Below, one piece after another: positions 37,613 through 50,596 of a stretch of 64,000 nucleotides of DNA (positions within the stretch are counted from its first letter, which is position 1; each line of letters opens with the position of its first letter). The position numbers were made by a program, and so were the translations under genes. Under the pieces are notes generated by a model. That model was not told the origin of the DNA, searched no databases, and was given only the letters and a program-made list of their open reading frames with translations. This DNA comes from Callorhinchus milii (taxonomy: Eukaryota). Where the stretch lies: positions 19,532,001 through 19,596,000 of the forward strand of contig NW_024704742.1 of NCBI RefSeq assembly GCF_018977255.1, in the 5' to 3' direction.

Positions 37613-38399
37613 AAAAGTGTCTATGTGACTAACTTTTGCTTAATGAAAGGAAGCCCCATTACGATATGCAATTATTATTAAGGATTTCCCATTAGAACAT
37701 GTTGTCTTTTACACCCCATTCTCCAAATTTTTTCTGGGAATTTTTTAAAATGTTATTTATGTCTACAGATATCTAATTCACATTCTCAGCACTAGATAGC
37801 ATAGATAGTAATATGAAATGTTGTATTGGAAAATATGATCCTAACTATCCATTTGATCACATAATTGTTCCAATCCATTTTTTGTCCTAAACAAAGAAGA
37901 GATTTATTAGATCTGTTCAGATCTAATCTGTTCAGTGTTAAAACAAGCAATGAAAAATACTTTGCTCAAAAGTCTCTTAGAAACAATTACTTATATGTTG
38001 TCTATGGACATGGAGTTCCTTTGGACTTTTGACCTATGCAGGATATATGGGTCTCACACTGTGAATTGCCAGTTATCTGGCACCCTGCATGGCTGTAGAT
38101 TAATGAAAGTAATTTAATCACTGCCAGATTGAACTGCAAATAAACAGTTTATTAAGCTTTTTTAATAAATGTACCTGAGATTTTTTAATTTTTTTTATTT
38201 ATATTTACTTGCTCTGCCCCCAACACCCTCACTTGGTTTCTCTGTCAGGCTCTACTTGCTATAATACATCCTTGACCTACCATGACTTTCTGAGCAGTTT
38301 ACATTTCCATGACTGCATTCATGCAGGTCTTAATGGGTAGAGTGGTGCAAGCTGGACAATAAGCAGGAAGATTGCCAGACAGTGCTCTCAATGTCACGC

Positions 38400-38835
38400 T
38401 CTGTGGTTTTAGCCAGATAAATTCCGGCAGTACCTCAATGCATACTCTGGAATCCCCATGCCTTGGCTCTTGCCAACCTGCACCTCTGGAATTAGTTAAA
38501 CAGGGTGCTTCCCTCCATAAGAACATATAAGAACATAAGAATTTGCTAGGCGAAAGAAGGCCAAGGTCCATCTGGTTCGACTTCCACCATCCTGACAGTC
38601 GCTTGACATTTCATGTCCCAAACTATATATAGTATCCCGAGATATTATTTTCTAGCAGAAATCTATCCAATTTGTTCCTGAAACAGGAAGAGAGTGCACA
38701 TTCCATTCCAGACACAGGGAAATGTCCACATGTTGGTGGCACACATACGTAGAACTCTCAGTTTGGGTTAGGATACTCTTAAGCATGGTGCAGGGTTTCT
38801 GCATATGTCACCTTTGGACACCTTGACCAAAAAAT
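38400..38835 (+). repeat. Unclassified interspersed repeat, copy 3, interrupted by a CR1 3' end (38515-38685, minus strand)
   Basis: Matches copies at 7715 and 18905; insert begins CATAAGAACATATAAGAACATAAGAA. Confidence 0.8.
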
Positions 38836-39514
38836 AAATGTCCACTATTCATACAGTTCAACAATTAGCCAACAGAGGGTGCAATTCACAGTTCATTGCA
38901 TAATAATCTAAGATTTTCCTCCCGCGCCCTGTCCCACCTGAGATGGAACGCCCAGCTTCCATTTGACAATCCATCCAGCAACTAAGCTGAGAACCAATCT
39001 GACTCACCCAACTGAGTCAATCAAACCTAAATGACCCACAAACTGAAACTTGTGACCTTCTGGCTGGTTGTCAACCTCTCAAGCTTGAGCGGCCCCACTA
39101 TATTCCGATTTTCTCAGACCTCTGTTCTTCCTGCATAAATTTGAAATGGTTACAATTAATCGTTGTTGCTGGTAATGCATTATTGCAATAAAAGTTGTTT
39201 TCTTTCTTTTTTAAAAATCAGACTGAGCTCAGGCCAATTTCAGAACTGCACCTTAGTTCTTCCAGCTCTCACTTCCACGAGAAACTTTTTCAGGAGTTGA
39301 AAACTATAAGATGGAAATGTAAGCGGTTCTTAAAGATGAAAACCAAGCCGAATTCCCAGATTAAATAATATGCTTGCACTGAGCCCCAGAGTCATAAAGC
39401 AGACTTTGTATTCAAAGGTGCTGCTGTCAGTTTCAGTGGAGCCAGTCTGCTTATGTGACTGAGCAGCACCAATTGAAAAATATATTTCATGTCAGCCATC
39501 GCTGACTTCTTTCT

Positions 39515-40070
39515 ATGCGTTTCGCCCACAAAATATACAACAACAACAAATTAGATTTATATAGCACCCTCCACGCTGGACGGCGTCTCAGAGAGCTTTA
39601 TACAATCAACGCACTTTAGATTCTGTAAAGCTCTTTGAGATGTTTCAACGATGTGATAAGTCATTATATCAAATGCAAGGAATATTATTGTATCAAGGAT
39701 TGCCAGGATTATTATTATTATTATCCCAGGGCCTTGGGATGTCCTCCCGATGTGAAAGGCGCAATACAAATGTAACCTTGTTGTTATTGTATTATCATTC
39801 TCATCCTGCTACTGGAATTAAACAAATGGTTTTTAAAAAAATTGTTTGTGCATATTCACACTTTATAAAGTGCTTTATAAAGAAAAAAACAATAAAAAAT
39901 TGGTCACTTCAATCCACGACTGTTTGTTGGACACTGCTGTGTGCAACTGACTGCCGCGTTTCGCCCACAAATATACAGTCAATTCACTTTACGGTATATT
40001 CTGTGAAGCGCTTTAAGAAGTCTAGAAGACATGAAAAACACTATATCAAATGTAAGGATTATTATTATTT
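39515..40070 (+). mobile_element. Cluster: SINE 3' fragment containing a roughly 60-bp L2 tail insert, an L2 tail, and another SINE 3' fragment
   Basis: SINE body motifs; 39540-39598 is the reverse complement of the tail at 15095-15160. Confidence 0.8.
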
Positions 40071-40439
40071 ATATGTATGTATTCTGCTTTAACTATTCAC
40101 CACCAATATATGTTTTCATTAATGTTACAAAATAAACGTACCTGTAGTACAGCGATTGGAGCTGATTCATTCAGCGAGATTGAGTAGTTACTAAGAAGGT
40201 TTTCTTTTTGCTCTGGTGATGTATTATAGGGATCTGTAGTGTTATAGCTCCTATGTAGAGAGAAGAACTGGACAACCTCTGGAAATCCAGAGAGGCAGAA
40301 TGTAGGCAGTCGTATTAAAGTGGCACATCTCGTCAATTCCTGGCATTCCAGCCATGAGGGTAAGAAATGATCAAGTAGAACTGACTAAGTGCTCTGGGTC
40401 GCTACCCTGCATGAGGGGCGCTATATAAATGCAAGTTGT

Positions 40440-40910
40440 TGGTTTTGTAAGATTAAAGGGCAGCTTCTCGTAAAAAGTAAGAAGTGGTGCACCACAGTGA
40501 TCTGTACTAGGACTGCTACTGTTCACCATGTACATTAGTGATTTCGACTCCGATTTAGGAGGTACGGTGTTGAAATTCGCAAATGCCACCTAACAGAGAG
40601 GTGTGGTGGATAATGAAGAGCATTGTAAACAGACATAAACAGGTTAGCAGAATGGACGGTTATGTGGCAGACGAAGTATAATAAAGAAAAATGTGCAGTG
40701 TTTCACTTTGGTGAGAGGAATAAAGAAGCTAGCTATATCCTGGATGGTTTGAAACTAAGAGGGTAGAAAAATAAAGAGATCTGTGGATTCAGGTTGAAAA
40801 TTCTCTAAAAGTAGCAGGACAGGTGGACAAAATCCATGAGAGTATAAAAGTAAGGATGTAATGCTAATTTTATTTTTAACCTTGGTTAGACCACATTTGG
40901 AGTTCCGCAT
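40440..40910 (+). mobile_element. Decayed CR1 RT fragment
   Basis: SGAPQ*SVLGLLLFTMYISD, KFANAT (FADD position), KCAVFHFG, LVRPHLEF. Confidence 0.8.
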
Positions 40911-43900
40911 TAAGCAATGATTAACAACAAACCAAGTGCTAAAATAATACCTCATATGGTAAGATTTTTGATAAATACATCTATGAGTGTCCTATGCCTA
41001 AATCCAGATCATTTATATCTACCTATGAAAAGTAAGAGAGGCCATAGAAAAACCTTTGGATATGACTTTGATACATCCTGCCAGGTCAAAAAATATTCTT
41101 TTATCCCTATTCTCTGATTGCTTTCCTTCAGCCATTTTGGCACTTCCCCTTAATTTGTCAGCCTGGGCTCAGTTACCAGCATTCAACTACCAACTGTTGG
41201 TAGCATTCTCATTTCTGAAGTCAGAAATTTGTGGCTTCAGTCGTGACTTTGACGTCATAATCTAGGCCAGCGTTGCACTGCATTGCTGGAGGTGCCGTCC
41301 TTTGGACTAATCCTTCATCAAACAGTCTTACAGTAGGGAATAAGTAAATGGCAGTGTGCGTCACAGTAAAAAAATTGAAGTCAAGAAGCAGACAAAAAAA
41401 GTGTATTTGTAGAAAATTACGAAATTGGGCAATTAGAGAAAAGATTTGGAACACAAATACTAGGTTTACATGAGTTAACAGCTAATTATAGCCTTGCTAC
41501 TCTTTCACTATTTGCTACTTTCTTTGGCACACAGTTGTTTAATTCAGTAGAGTCACTAATACAGCTTTTAGAGAGTATCAGTTTTGATACTGGAGCTCAG
41601 TCACATTGACAATTTCTTGAAGAGATGAACAGAAGCAACTTCTATGTACAAAATCTCTTTCTCAAAACAGATTAAAACTGACAGCGATATCAACCACCTG
41701 AAAATAAAATCCTTTCTCATGCACACTAACCCTACAAAGAGAAAGACAAATATCTTATTGTGGTCATGGTTATTGGAGAATCAAACTGTTTCTTGCTAAC
41801 ATTGAGTCATTTGGCTAATTTGCATCAAATTATTTTTTTCCGAAAATGACTTTTTATTAACATTCACTTTCTTCATTGCTTACAGTAATCGCCCTCTAAT
41901 TGTCGAAATTAGACAAAAAAAGTTTTTTTTATTCTTAGACTGATTGATGTGGTGTTCAAAAGTATCCTTAGAATATTAAGTGTTTTATGTGCAGACGCAT
42001 TTAACTTTCAAAATGGGAATTAATATGGAATTAATATTAATCAGCACCTTCAGGGAACACCTCTCTGTGTGAACATAAAGTAGGTCTCTTTCAGGGAATC
42101 CTATGTATGTCTCACAAGAACTAAGCTCCAAAAAGATCTCTGATCAGATTGAGGTCTTATGTGTCGACATGATGTAGGTGGGCTTCTTGGCAGACACATG
42201 CCTTTCATCTTGCAGTATCTTTTTCCAGTGTGAGGTGTCATTCACCCTGCCATTTTCCCAAGAAAACACTCTTTCAACCCCAATAAAGTGTGTTATCTTA
42301 TTGTAAAACAGCCAATCAGTTTGGACAGTTTCGACATAATACTGAAAATAGGTAATCCTTGCATTTGATAGTTTTTGCCTTTCCTTGCATTTGTACTTGC
42401 ACTTAATGACTGTCGGCTCACATCACACCTGGCTTTAATTCTGCACAAAATAAACAATCTCCCGTAAAGGAGCTATCAGATAAATGGGGCAAGAATTGAA
42501 AAAATAATCACAAAGGCAATGTACATTGGTGGAGCCAAGCAGACGGAGCTTTATTCTATGTCTCATGGTGTCCCTAACCTGGAAATGAAATGGATCAATT
42601 TGGGTTCCAAAAATGGTATGTTCTTCCATATTCTTTGTGCTAACATCTTCCTCCTCGAACTGCGCAAAATTCATTCAACTTAACTCATAAAATTCATCAA
42701 TTGCACTTTTAATATTTCATCCTACACATCTGAGAGAATTCAATAACACTGAATCTCAGACAATTAATCTAATGTGGAAACTACCTGTGTTCACCATAAG
42801 ACAAGTAATGGTTCACAGCATGATGAAGGCTTCTTTATATTATCTGCGAGGCATCAGGTCTACTTTGAAATGAGTTGTAGGAATAGATATGCCATGGGGC
42901 TTTCACTTCAAAGCTCACACAATGCAATTAAATTATTGGCATGCTGGAATAATTCATTTTACCCATGTGTATACTGTAGTCTTAATGCCACAGTGGTTGT
43001 CTTGTGCTTTGTGTAACTGAGACAACACTTGTAACGTGCTGTGGTGTTTTATTATATGAATTGGATTTGGGAATACATAACACAATTCTGGCCATAAAGA
43101 AGTAACAATTGTAGTAACCAATTGAATAATCTAAATAATCTATTTACACACGGAGGAATTGATGTAAAAATCTCACTCAATCAACCACCTAATCTGTGGG
43201 TTTCTGAATAAGAAATAAAATTCATAAATTGGGACAAAAAGTATGTCACTCCAACTTGCAGAAACTCTGCTCCAGTACAACATAATTCCAGAGCAGAGTT
43301 TCCACAGGAATCGTATTAAGAAGTATTACAAACTGGACCCCAATAAGCAGGTGATGCTCCTTCCAGCAGGATATTTAGCTTACTTTTATGATATAAAAGT
43401 CAATGGAAAATCCTACTATACATGCACACTGTCAAAGTGTATTAAACATTCTCCTTCACTGCCAAATTTAAGCACAGGATTTCCTATCAGTTTAGTTTGG
43501 AGTTCTAAACACTTCCCTTTTCAGGGAACACTTCCCTAAACATTTTCCTTTTTCAGCATGTTAGAACAAGCTCATAATCCATATTGTCTACAAATATATA
43601 GATACTGCTTAGTCGCTCTTTGACCGCGACTATAGTTACCTTCCCCTTCCCTTGTCCCTTGCTCGTCATCCACCCCCGTCACTGTAGGAACCAATCTTGC
43701 ATGAAGACCTCTATATAAATGCAAGTTGTTGTTGTCAGTAATATTTGAGATATTATGATCCAATAGGTTTGTATCAAATAGAAGGATTATTATTCTACTC
43801 AATTTTCTAAATTAGCAAATGTGCCATCACTATAAATGTTCAGGTAATTACATATTATAATTAAAATTTTATTTTATTTTTAGTTTAAAATGTTACTACA

Positions 43901-44841
43901 GTTTGCGGTAAGAGCCCAACGACAAATTGACATATTGATTACGTTTAGAGAACATCGCAGAATAAGCCTCTTAATTACTTGCCAAAAAAACAATGTTTGC
44001 TCTGCCCACTGTACTGGCCTGTACTGATTTGGTATGTAGTGATCTTTCCAGGAAAAAGTCGGACGTTTTGTTACTGACTGTTCGAGGGCTGTGGTAGCCT
44101 TATTAGGGAGTTTCCAGACAGGCTTAGTTCCTGGAACAGCCAGGAACAGCCTGATCCAAAAATCTCTACTTCTGTGATGCTCCATATTATTTGCCCTGAG
44201 GTTGAAGTTAACTCTGATACCATGCAAATCTTTAAAGCGTAGAGCTGTTGTATTTTTGTCTTAATTTTCTTAAAACCAAGATTAGAAATGACAAACGTGC
44301 AGCACCACATGGCAAGTTGACGATTTTTATTGTTGTCCTTAGGAACACAGTGAAATATTTTGCCAGAGCTCGATGACTATCTGCTTAGTGAAGGAACTCT
44401 GGGTTATTTGGTTAAGTGAGGACAGAAGTGATTGAATGATGTATGGGTTTTCAAATTATTTTCCTTCTTTTGCCACAAATGTACAAACAGCTACACTCAG
44501 GCAGTCAAATGTTTCAATGCCAGCTAATAAATTGTAGAATTTGCTTGATTCTATCAGATTTTATGTTGGATGGCTTAACTTACAAATTGTTGGTAAATCA
44601 TTGCTATTAATGTGGAAAATATGGGTGCATAGCAATGTCTTGTGGCTTTGGGATAGTTATAAAAAGAGCCATTATAGGTTCACACAGGACAATTCAGTCC
44701 ATATATTTAAATTAATATTAATGGACTTTTAGAAGCATAAGTGCATAGGAATTATTGATTCTCCACTGCTGGGTGAACATGATTCACGGTGTTCTTAAAA
44801 GCAAAGCAAAACTGCAACTTATAGCTTCTTACACACGCGTG

Positions 44842-45190
44842 ATAATAATAATCCTTGCGTTTGATATAATAATAATAATAATAATCCTTGCATTTGATAT
44901 AGCGCTTTTCACGTCGGGAGGACGTCCCAAAGCGCTTCACAGAACACACTGTAAAGTGAATTGACTGTATATTTGTGGGTGAACGCGGCAGCCAATTGCG
45001 CACAGCAATGTCCCACAAACAGTCGTAGATTGAAAATGACCAATTTGTTATTGTTTTTGGTTTTTTGGAGGGATTATTATTAGGTGTGTGGAGTAAGGAA
45101 ACTTGCCCAAGGTTTCGCCCTCTGCCTGGAATTGAACTCAGGTCTCTCTCTTGCAAAGCGAGTGCTCTAACCATTGAGTTACAGGACTCC
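44842..45190 (-). mobile_element. Full-length young SINE with duplicated tail
   Basis: Intact head and body; tail unit TATCAAAYGCAAGGATTATT present twice. Confidence 0.95.
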
Positions 45191-45253
45191 ACAATAGTGC
45201 CTTATCACATCTTCAAGACGTCTCAAAGCACTTCACAAAAATGCTATAAAGTG

Positions 45254-45413
45254 AAACACAAAATACTGCAGATGCTGGAAACCTAAAAACAAAAACAGAA
45301 GTCAGAATGGTTCTGATGAAGGGTCATGGACCCGAAACGTTGACTCACTTTCCTTTTTCTTCCATAGATGCTGCCTGACCTGCTGAGTGTTCCCAGCAAC
45401 TTCTGTTTTTGTT
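45254..45413 (+). mobile_element. Penelope-like element terminal (pLTR) fragment with inverted ends
   Basis: Similar to reverse complement of 50620-50740; inverted repeat AACAAAAACAGAAGT (45288-45302) / ACTTCTGTTTTTGTT (45399-45413). Confidence 0.8.
45309..45345 (+). ncRNA. Minimal type I hammerhead ribozyme motif
   Basis: ggtt-CTGATGA-a-GGGTC atg GACCC-GAAA-cg-TT-gact: catalytic boxes, 5-bp stem II, palindromic AACGTT helix III, short wobble stem I. Confidence 0.7.
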
Positions 45414-46019
45414 ATATTGTAAAGTGAATTGACTGTATATTTTCTGGGCAAAATGCGGCAGCCAATTGAGCACAGCAGTGTCCCACAAACAGTCGTGGGT
45501 CGAAGTGACCAGTGTTTTTAGTTTCTTTTAGATAAGGCACTATATCAAATGGATTATTATTATGTTGAACCGGAGGTCAAGAACAATCATACATGTGCAA
45601 AGGATCCCTGGAACTCAGCGAAAATCTATTTTGTCAAAATCGTTGAAGATTCAAGGGAAAAGCTGAATTAGTTGTTTGCCAGTTTGAGTTTGAATTTATT
45701 TCCAAGTAGTATGAAAGCTTAAAATTTCCAGAAAAATAAATCACCATGAGATGAGAGTGGCAGTAAACCCTCTGACTTTCAGCAGAAGGTTTTATCGCAG
45801 GCAATCTTAGTATTGCCAATGCTATGAAGCACATTCTTATTGTAAATTAAAAGAGGTTTATTCAGGAAATGTATCGAATGAATATTCGTAACTAATAACA
45901 ACATTGGAAGAATTCACTCATTTTTTGATTCAATTAATTGTTCCCTTATATAAGAAATATCTCTCTAATACATGAAAGGCGCTATACTAATGTAATTTTG
46001 TTGTTGTTAATAGCCAGAT

Positions 46020-46355
46020 TACCCACCTCTTCTTCCCTTCACAAGATGCAGACTATCCAGAACTCTGCAGCTCGTGTCCTTTCCCACAATACACTCCGCA
46101 AGCCCATCTCCCTCATCCTCGCCCAGTTCCTCTGGCTCGCCATCCCTCAGTGGATCGAGCTCAAGATCCTTATTCTAACCTATAAACCCCTCTTCCACAG
46201 TCTTACCCCACTCTACTTCTATAACCTCCTCAAACCCTACTATTTGGCCACGCTCGCAACTCTGCTGGCACAGATGTGCTTCACATCCCCCGCCCCACGC
46301 ACTCCACCACCAGTGATCAGGCTTTCAGCATATCTGCACACACTCTCTGGAACTA
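46020..46355 (+). mobile_element. L2 3' coding fragment
   Basis: LHKMQTIQNSAARVL..LWLAIPQWIELKILILTYK. Confidence 0.85.
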
Positions 46356-49199
46356 CATTCTTTGGAGAAGTTGCTCACAAAGTTAATTGTGTGGCTGACT
46401 AAAAGTCATATCTTCTGCCAGGCCAACAGGTCACAACATGAAGTCATTGCCTGTGGAATCATATACCGTTTACTGCTTTACGGAATGGTAAAGCTCTTTC
46501 TATTTATATCAACAGAAGAGCAGACGATGGCTGCATTATCACAAGTAAACTGGCACCACAATCATTCTCTGAAACATCTCTTTTATCCTGTGTAAGAAAT
46601 ATTGTAATGTAATGTGCGATATTTGTAACAGAATTGAAAGTGTTAATTGCAATTTATAGTTACGAATTGTAATTACCAATACAACAGCAATAACTTGCAT
46701 ATATAGGCTTGGAGCACTGAGAGCAGGGTGAGGGCTGGTAAGGTAGCAATAAATGGCAAACTGTAGGGGGAAAATAAGTCAGAAAGCAAATAAACAGTGT
46801 TGGGAAGTTGCAAACACGAGTTGCAATTATTGCTTTGCATCCTTTTTTTGGATATCACAAATTAGATCCTCATAGCTTGTTTATTTGTGCTGCTAGAAAA
46901 TAACTCACCTCTGGCCTAAACCGACAACAGAATCCAAAGCATTCTTTCGCTAACACTTTGGACTTCAATGTCATAAAACGGAAAAATTAAAGAGAAATGA
47001 AGAATCTCTCGATACACTTCAGGCTATTGCAAAGTAAATTCAAATCAAGCAGTATAACATAGTATAGCGAGGAGAAAAGGAAGAGTGGGGCACATGTGGA
47101 GTATAAACACAGATATCATTAGATGTCATTAGATGTAACCCAGCGTAAAATTTAGGTGATCAGGATTTTTCCTTCAGTCTGTTTTGGGAGAAAGATCATT
47201 TGTGTGCAAACCCTGGATATGAGCATGATAAGGAGAAAGATTTTCCCTGTAGAGAAGTATGATAAAAGGGGAAATCACTTGTTCTTTTTCAAAGAGAAGT
47301 AGAAATGGAAACACTGTGTGTGGTCAGGTGTTTTCCACTTTGAGTGCAGGATGGAACAAAACAAGAATTTTGTGCCTTTTTATTTCCCCTTTAACTCCTT
47401 CCCTTTTCCTTTTATATCATGAAGGAAAGCACTGTGGAAGGAGCCGCTGATAAAGATCTGCACAACCCAAAGAGGCTTCTTATTTGGAAATAAATATTAC
47501 TACATGACGGCTAGAGAACTAATAGACTGGCACAGTAACAGAACAGAGTTCTTAATACTAAGCATATCTCATTCACAGCAGATTACGGATAGAAACTGGT
47601 TGAGATATTATTAATGACCCGCCCTCCCCGATAAACTCGCGCTTCATGTAATCACATCAGAGCAGAAAAGAATTGGAAATAGCTGCTAAAATTAAAACAT
47701 TTTTACAAAATAAAAGAAAATGAAACCCAGTTTCTGGTCACAGCAGTGAACCGCGTTGCTCTGTCGCAAAGCGGAAGAGAGTCACAGGCAGCAACTAAAA
47801 ATAAACTCAAGCATTCTATTAACAAAAATCTTGTTTCAATGCAACAATGAACTGAAGACAGACAGTGGGCTGAGCCTCCTTAGGCTCCACCTTGTGTGCT
47901 GAAAACCCACAGTAATCACACAACTCCCGGTTCATTATTGCTTAATTTATGCTTCTGCACTATTACACTTGATGGAATTTTTAAACTACTCTCCCAACCC
48001 AGAGAACTCCCTCGAACAAATATAAAATAATTGTTTGTACTTTCTTCTATTGATACTGTAATTTATATTCTTGGGTCACTTTGACTTATTACAGTGCTTT
48101 ACAGCAGCTCACTGTGATTAATTTCTTACGTGATTAATCTGTTTGCCTTTTAGACCCCAAAAGTAAGATTGTAGTTTCACATTTTCCTCTCCCTTCAGAA
48201 CTCTTATTTGTCTTCCAATTTATTAACGTAACTTAATTTCAAACAAAACAGTGGAAAAAAATATCAGTCACATCTATAAGATTGCGTTTTTTTTAGTAAC
48301 ACATAAAACATTCCCAAGTGCATTTGCATTGAAGACAATAGGCTTGAGGTTGGTTGTTGAACGCACTGAGTAATCAGTTTCAGGTTTCACTTGCATACTT
48401 ACAAGCACCTGCTCTATTGAGTCTGTACAAGAACATCCACTTGAAAGAGCAACAACAATAGGAGCAGTATAACAAGCTGGTCTGGTGCCAGTGTATTACT
48501 CAATTTATGCTAAAGCACAACCTGAGCTCAGCAATTCAATCGGTACAGGCAAATAAAATTCCTTTATTTTCCTCATGGACAAATCCAGAACTTACCTACA
48601 TAAATTTACTTTAACAAAACCTATATTGTGCTTGAAAAATCAGCAGTGTGCAGTATGTCAGCCATGCATGCAAAGGCTTTTAAAAATATAATTTAATAAT
48701 TTCTATATATCCTATGGTACCCATCAGAACTGACAAGTGAGAGGATGTGGCAAATCAAATGACCAATATGCCAGCAGAGAAAGTTTGGAGTCACGAATGA
48801 ACTGTTACTGGCAGATATCCATGTGCCTCAGAAACGGAATAGTCATGAAATCTAGTTAATGTTGATTCCTAATTCAGGGAGTTAATAATGGCAAATACAG
48901 AATTTATTTTGGAGTAAATCTGACTGTTTTTTGACATTAGTATACAAAGATTAATGTTGCCAGGAAGGATGGTTGAGGTCAGGACACTGTACTTACTCAC
49001 TTGTCCTGTTTGATCCTGTGACAGAAAGATGGTACAGTGGGTATTTTGAAAGACTGAGATGAATCAGGCCAAAGGGCCTTCTCTGTGCAAACTAATCTTA
49101 TGAATAAAAATAATCCTTGTAATTGATATAGCATTGATAAAATAAAAAAATCTCTGTATTTCTAGCAAATGCAGCAGTCAATTTGTGTACAGCAGTCTC

Positions 49200-49790
49200 C
49201 CAGAAACAGCCATTAAGTTCTGTGGATAAGACATCAAACCAAGGGCCAGCCTACCTGCCTGTTCAACTGGATGATAAAAATCCCATGCCACTATTCAAAA
49301 AGAGAAGGGTGTTTTTCCCTGGTGTCCTGACCAACAATTCCCCAAATAAAATTGCTCACTCACTCCATGGCAGCATGTAGGACATTGGTGTGTGCAACTG
49401 GCTTCCGTATTTTGCCCACAAAATAGTGAATCAAATTTACAGTATATCCTGTGAAGTGCTTTGTGACATAACAATGATGTGAATTATTAACTCCCTGAAT
49501 ATCAATGATGTGAATGGTGCTATATCAAATTCAAGGATTATTATTATTATGATTATTAAGTGAAGGACCAATATGTCTGGTGGATTTATGGCCAGGACAC
49601 CAGGAGAAACTCTCTTCTGGTTTTGAATAATGCCATATGATTTTTAATAATAGTAATCTTTGCATTTGGTTCAGTGTATTTCATGTTGAGGGACACCTCA
49701 AAGCTCTTCACAGGATTTACTATAAAGTAGAATGACATATTTGTAGGTGAATGCGGCAGCTCAATTGCACATGGCAATGTCACATAAACA
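49200..49790. mobile_element. Cluster of DeuSINE/SINE fragments on both strands
   Basis: AAATCCCATGCCACTATTCAAAA..CCTGGTGTCCTGACCAAC; SINE body and tail 49375-49558; reverse-strand pieces 49585-49790. Confidence 0.65.
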
Positions 49791-50381
49791 GCCAACTATT
49801 CATATAGTAATAAATTAGTTACTGTTGCTAAACTAATAATATCATGAATGTCCAATTTATATTCGCTCAGGCTCTTCAAACGTAAAAAGTTCCTCAATAT
49901 CCTGGGCAAAAAATAATCTGGAACAGGCACCATTTGGGATGAATTTTGCAGTTCCAGCGGCAACATACAAAACAACCGCCAAAGCCTGTTCACCACTCTC
50001 AGTCCTGTCTGTCAAATAATTGAGGATGATTCACAGAGACTGACTGCCAAAACATGAACAAAAGACCATTGCTAGCCTGTTTGGGTAGGAGTAGACCCAG
50101 CCCACCTGCAACCAGAGAGATGATCACCACCACTAAGGAGTGTTTGTACTACTGTGGTCCTCCTCCTTTCCTCCCTCCACCCTCCTGAAGTGCTGGTAAA
50201 TTTCTGCTGTCGATGCCTCCAAAGGCATCCAGGCTGCCTCATTTATCTTGCAGGATTCCTAGAATGTGAGGGCTGTCATCAGCAGCAGCACTCCAAGGTA
50301 AATGCAACAAAAAATCCTTGGAGGCTGCTTGGCTCTTGCACGTGTAATGCAATAACTAGTGTTAGTGATAAATAGAGATAC

Positions 50382-50440
50382 CTTGTATAGTCTTACATAG
50401 TCTTATATATCTTATATAGTCTTATATCTTATATAGTCTT
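50382..50440. repeat. Short tandem repeat (TCTTATATAG)n
   Basis: About 5-6 imperfect units seen directly. Confidence 0.85.
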
Positions 50441-50596
50441 GAGTATAACACTGAAACTTTGTATAAAAAATGAACTATTAGATCTTTTCCTGAGCGTAAA
50501 TACTAGAATTCAATGAACTGTCAATTTCTTCATATTCTTTATGCCTTATTTTTCTTATCTTGATGATGAAATTCAATGACCGCACAACCAATCTCA

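Larger units (their letters stand above)
45193..45515 (-). mobile_element. Older SINE 3' half, interrupted by a Penelope-like terminus
   Basis: SINE sequence stops at about 45255 and resumes at about 45414. Confidence 0.8.

Noticed and set aside
42435..42674. Acidic-looking ORF MNFAQFEEEDV..
   Set aside because: No recognisable domain and no coherent splice-site pair.
46903..46930. 7-nt minus-strand microexon (TTTAG|GCCAGAG|GTGAGT)
   Set aside because: Weak polypyrimidine tract; expected by chance.
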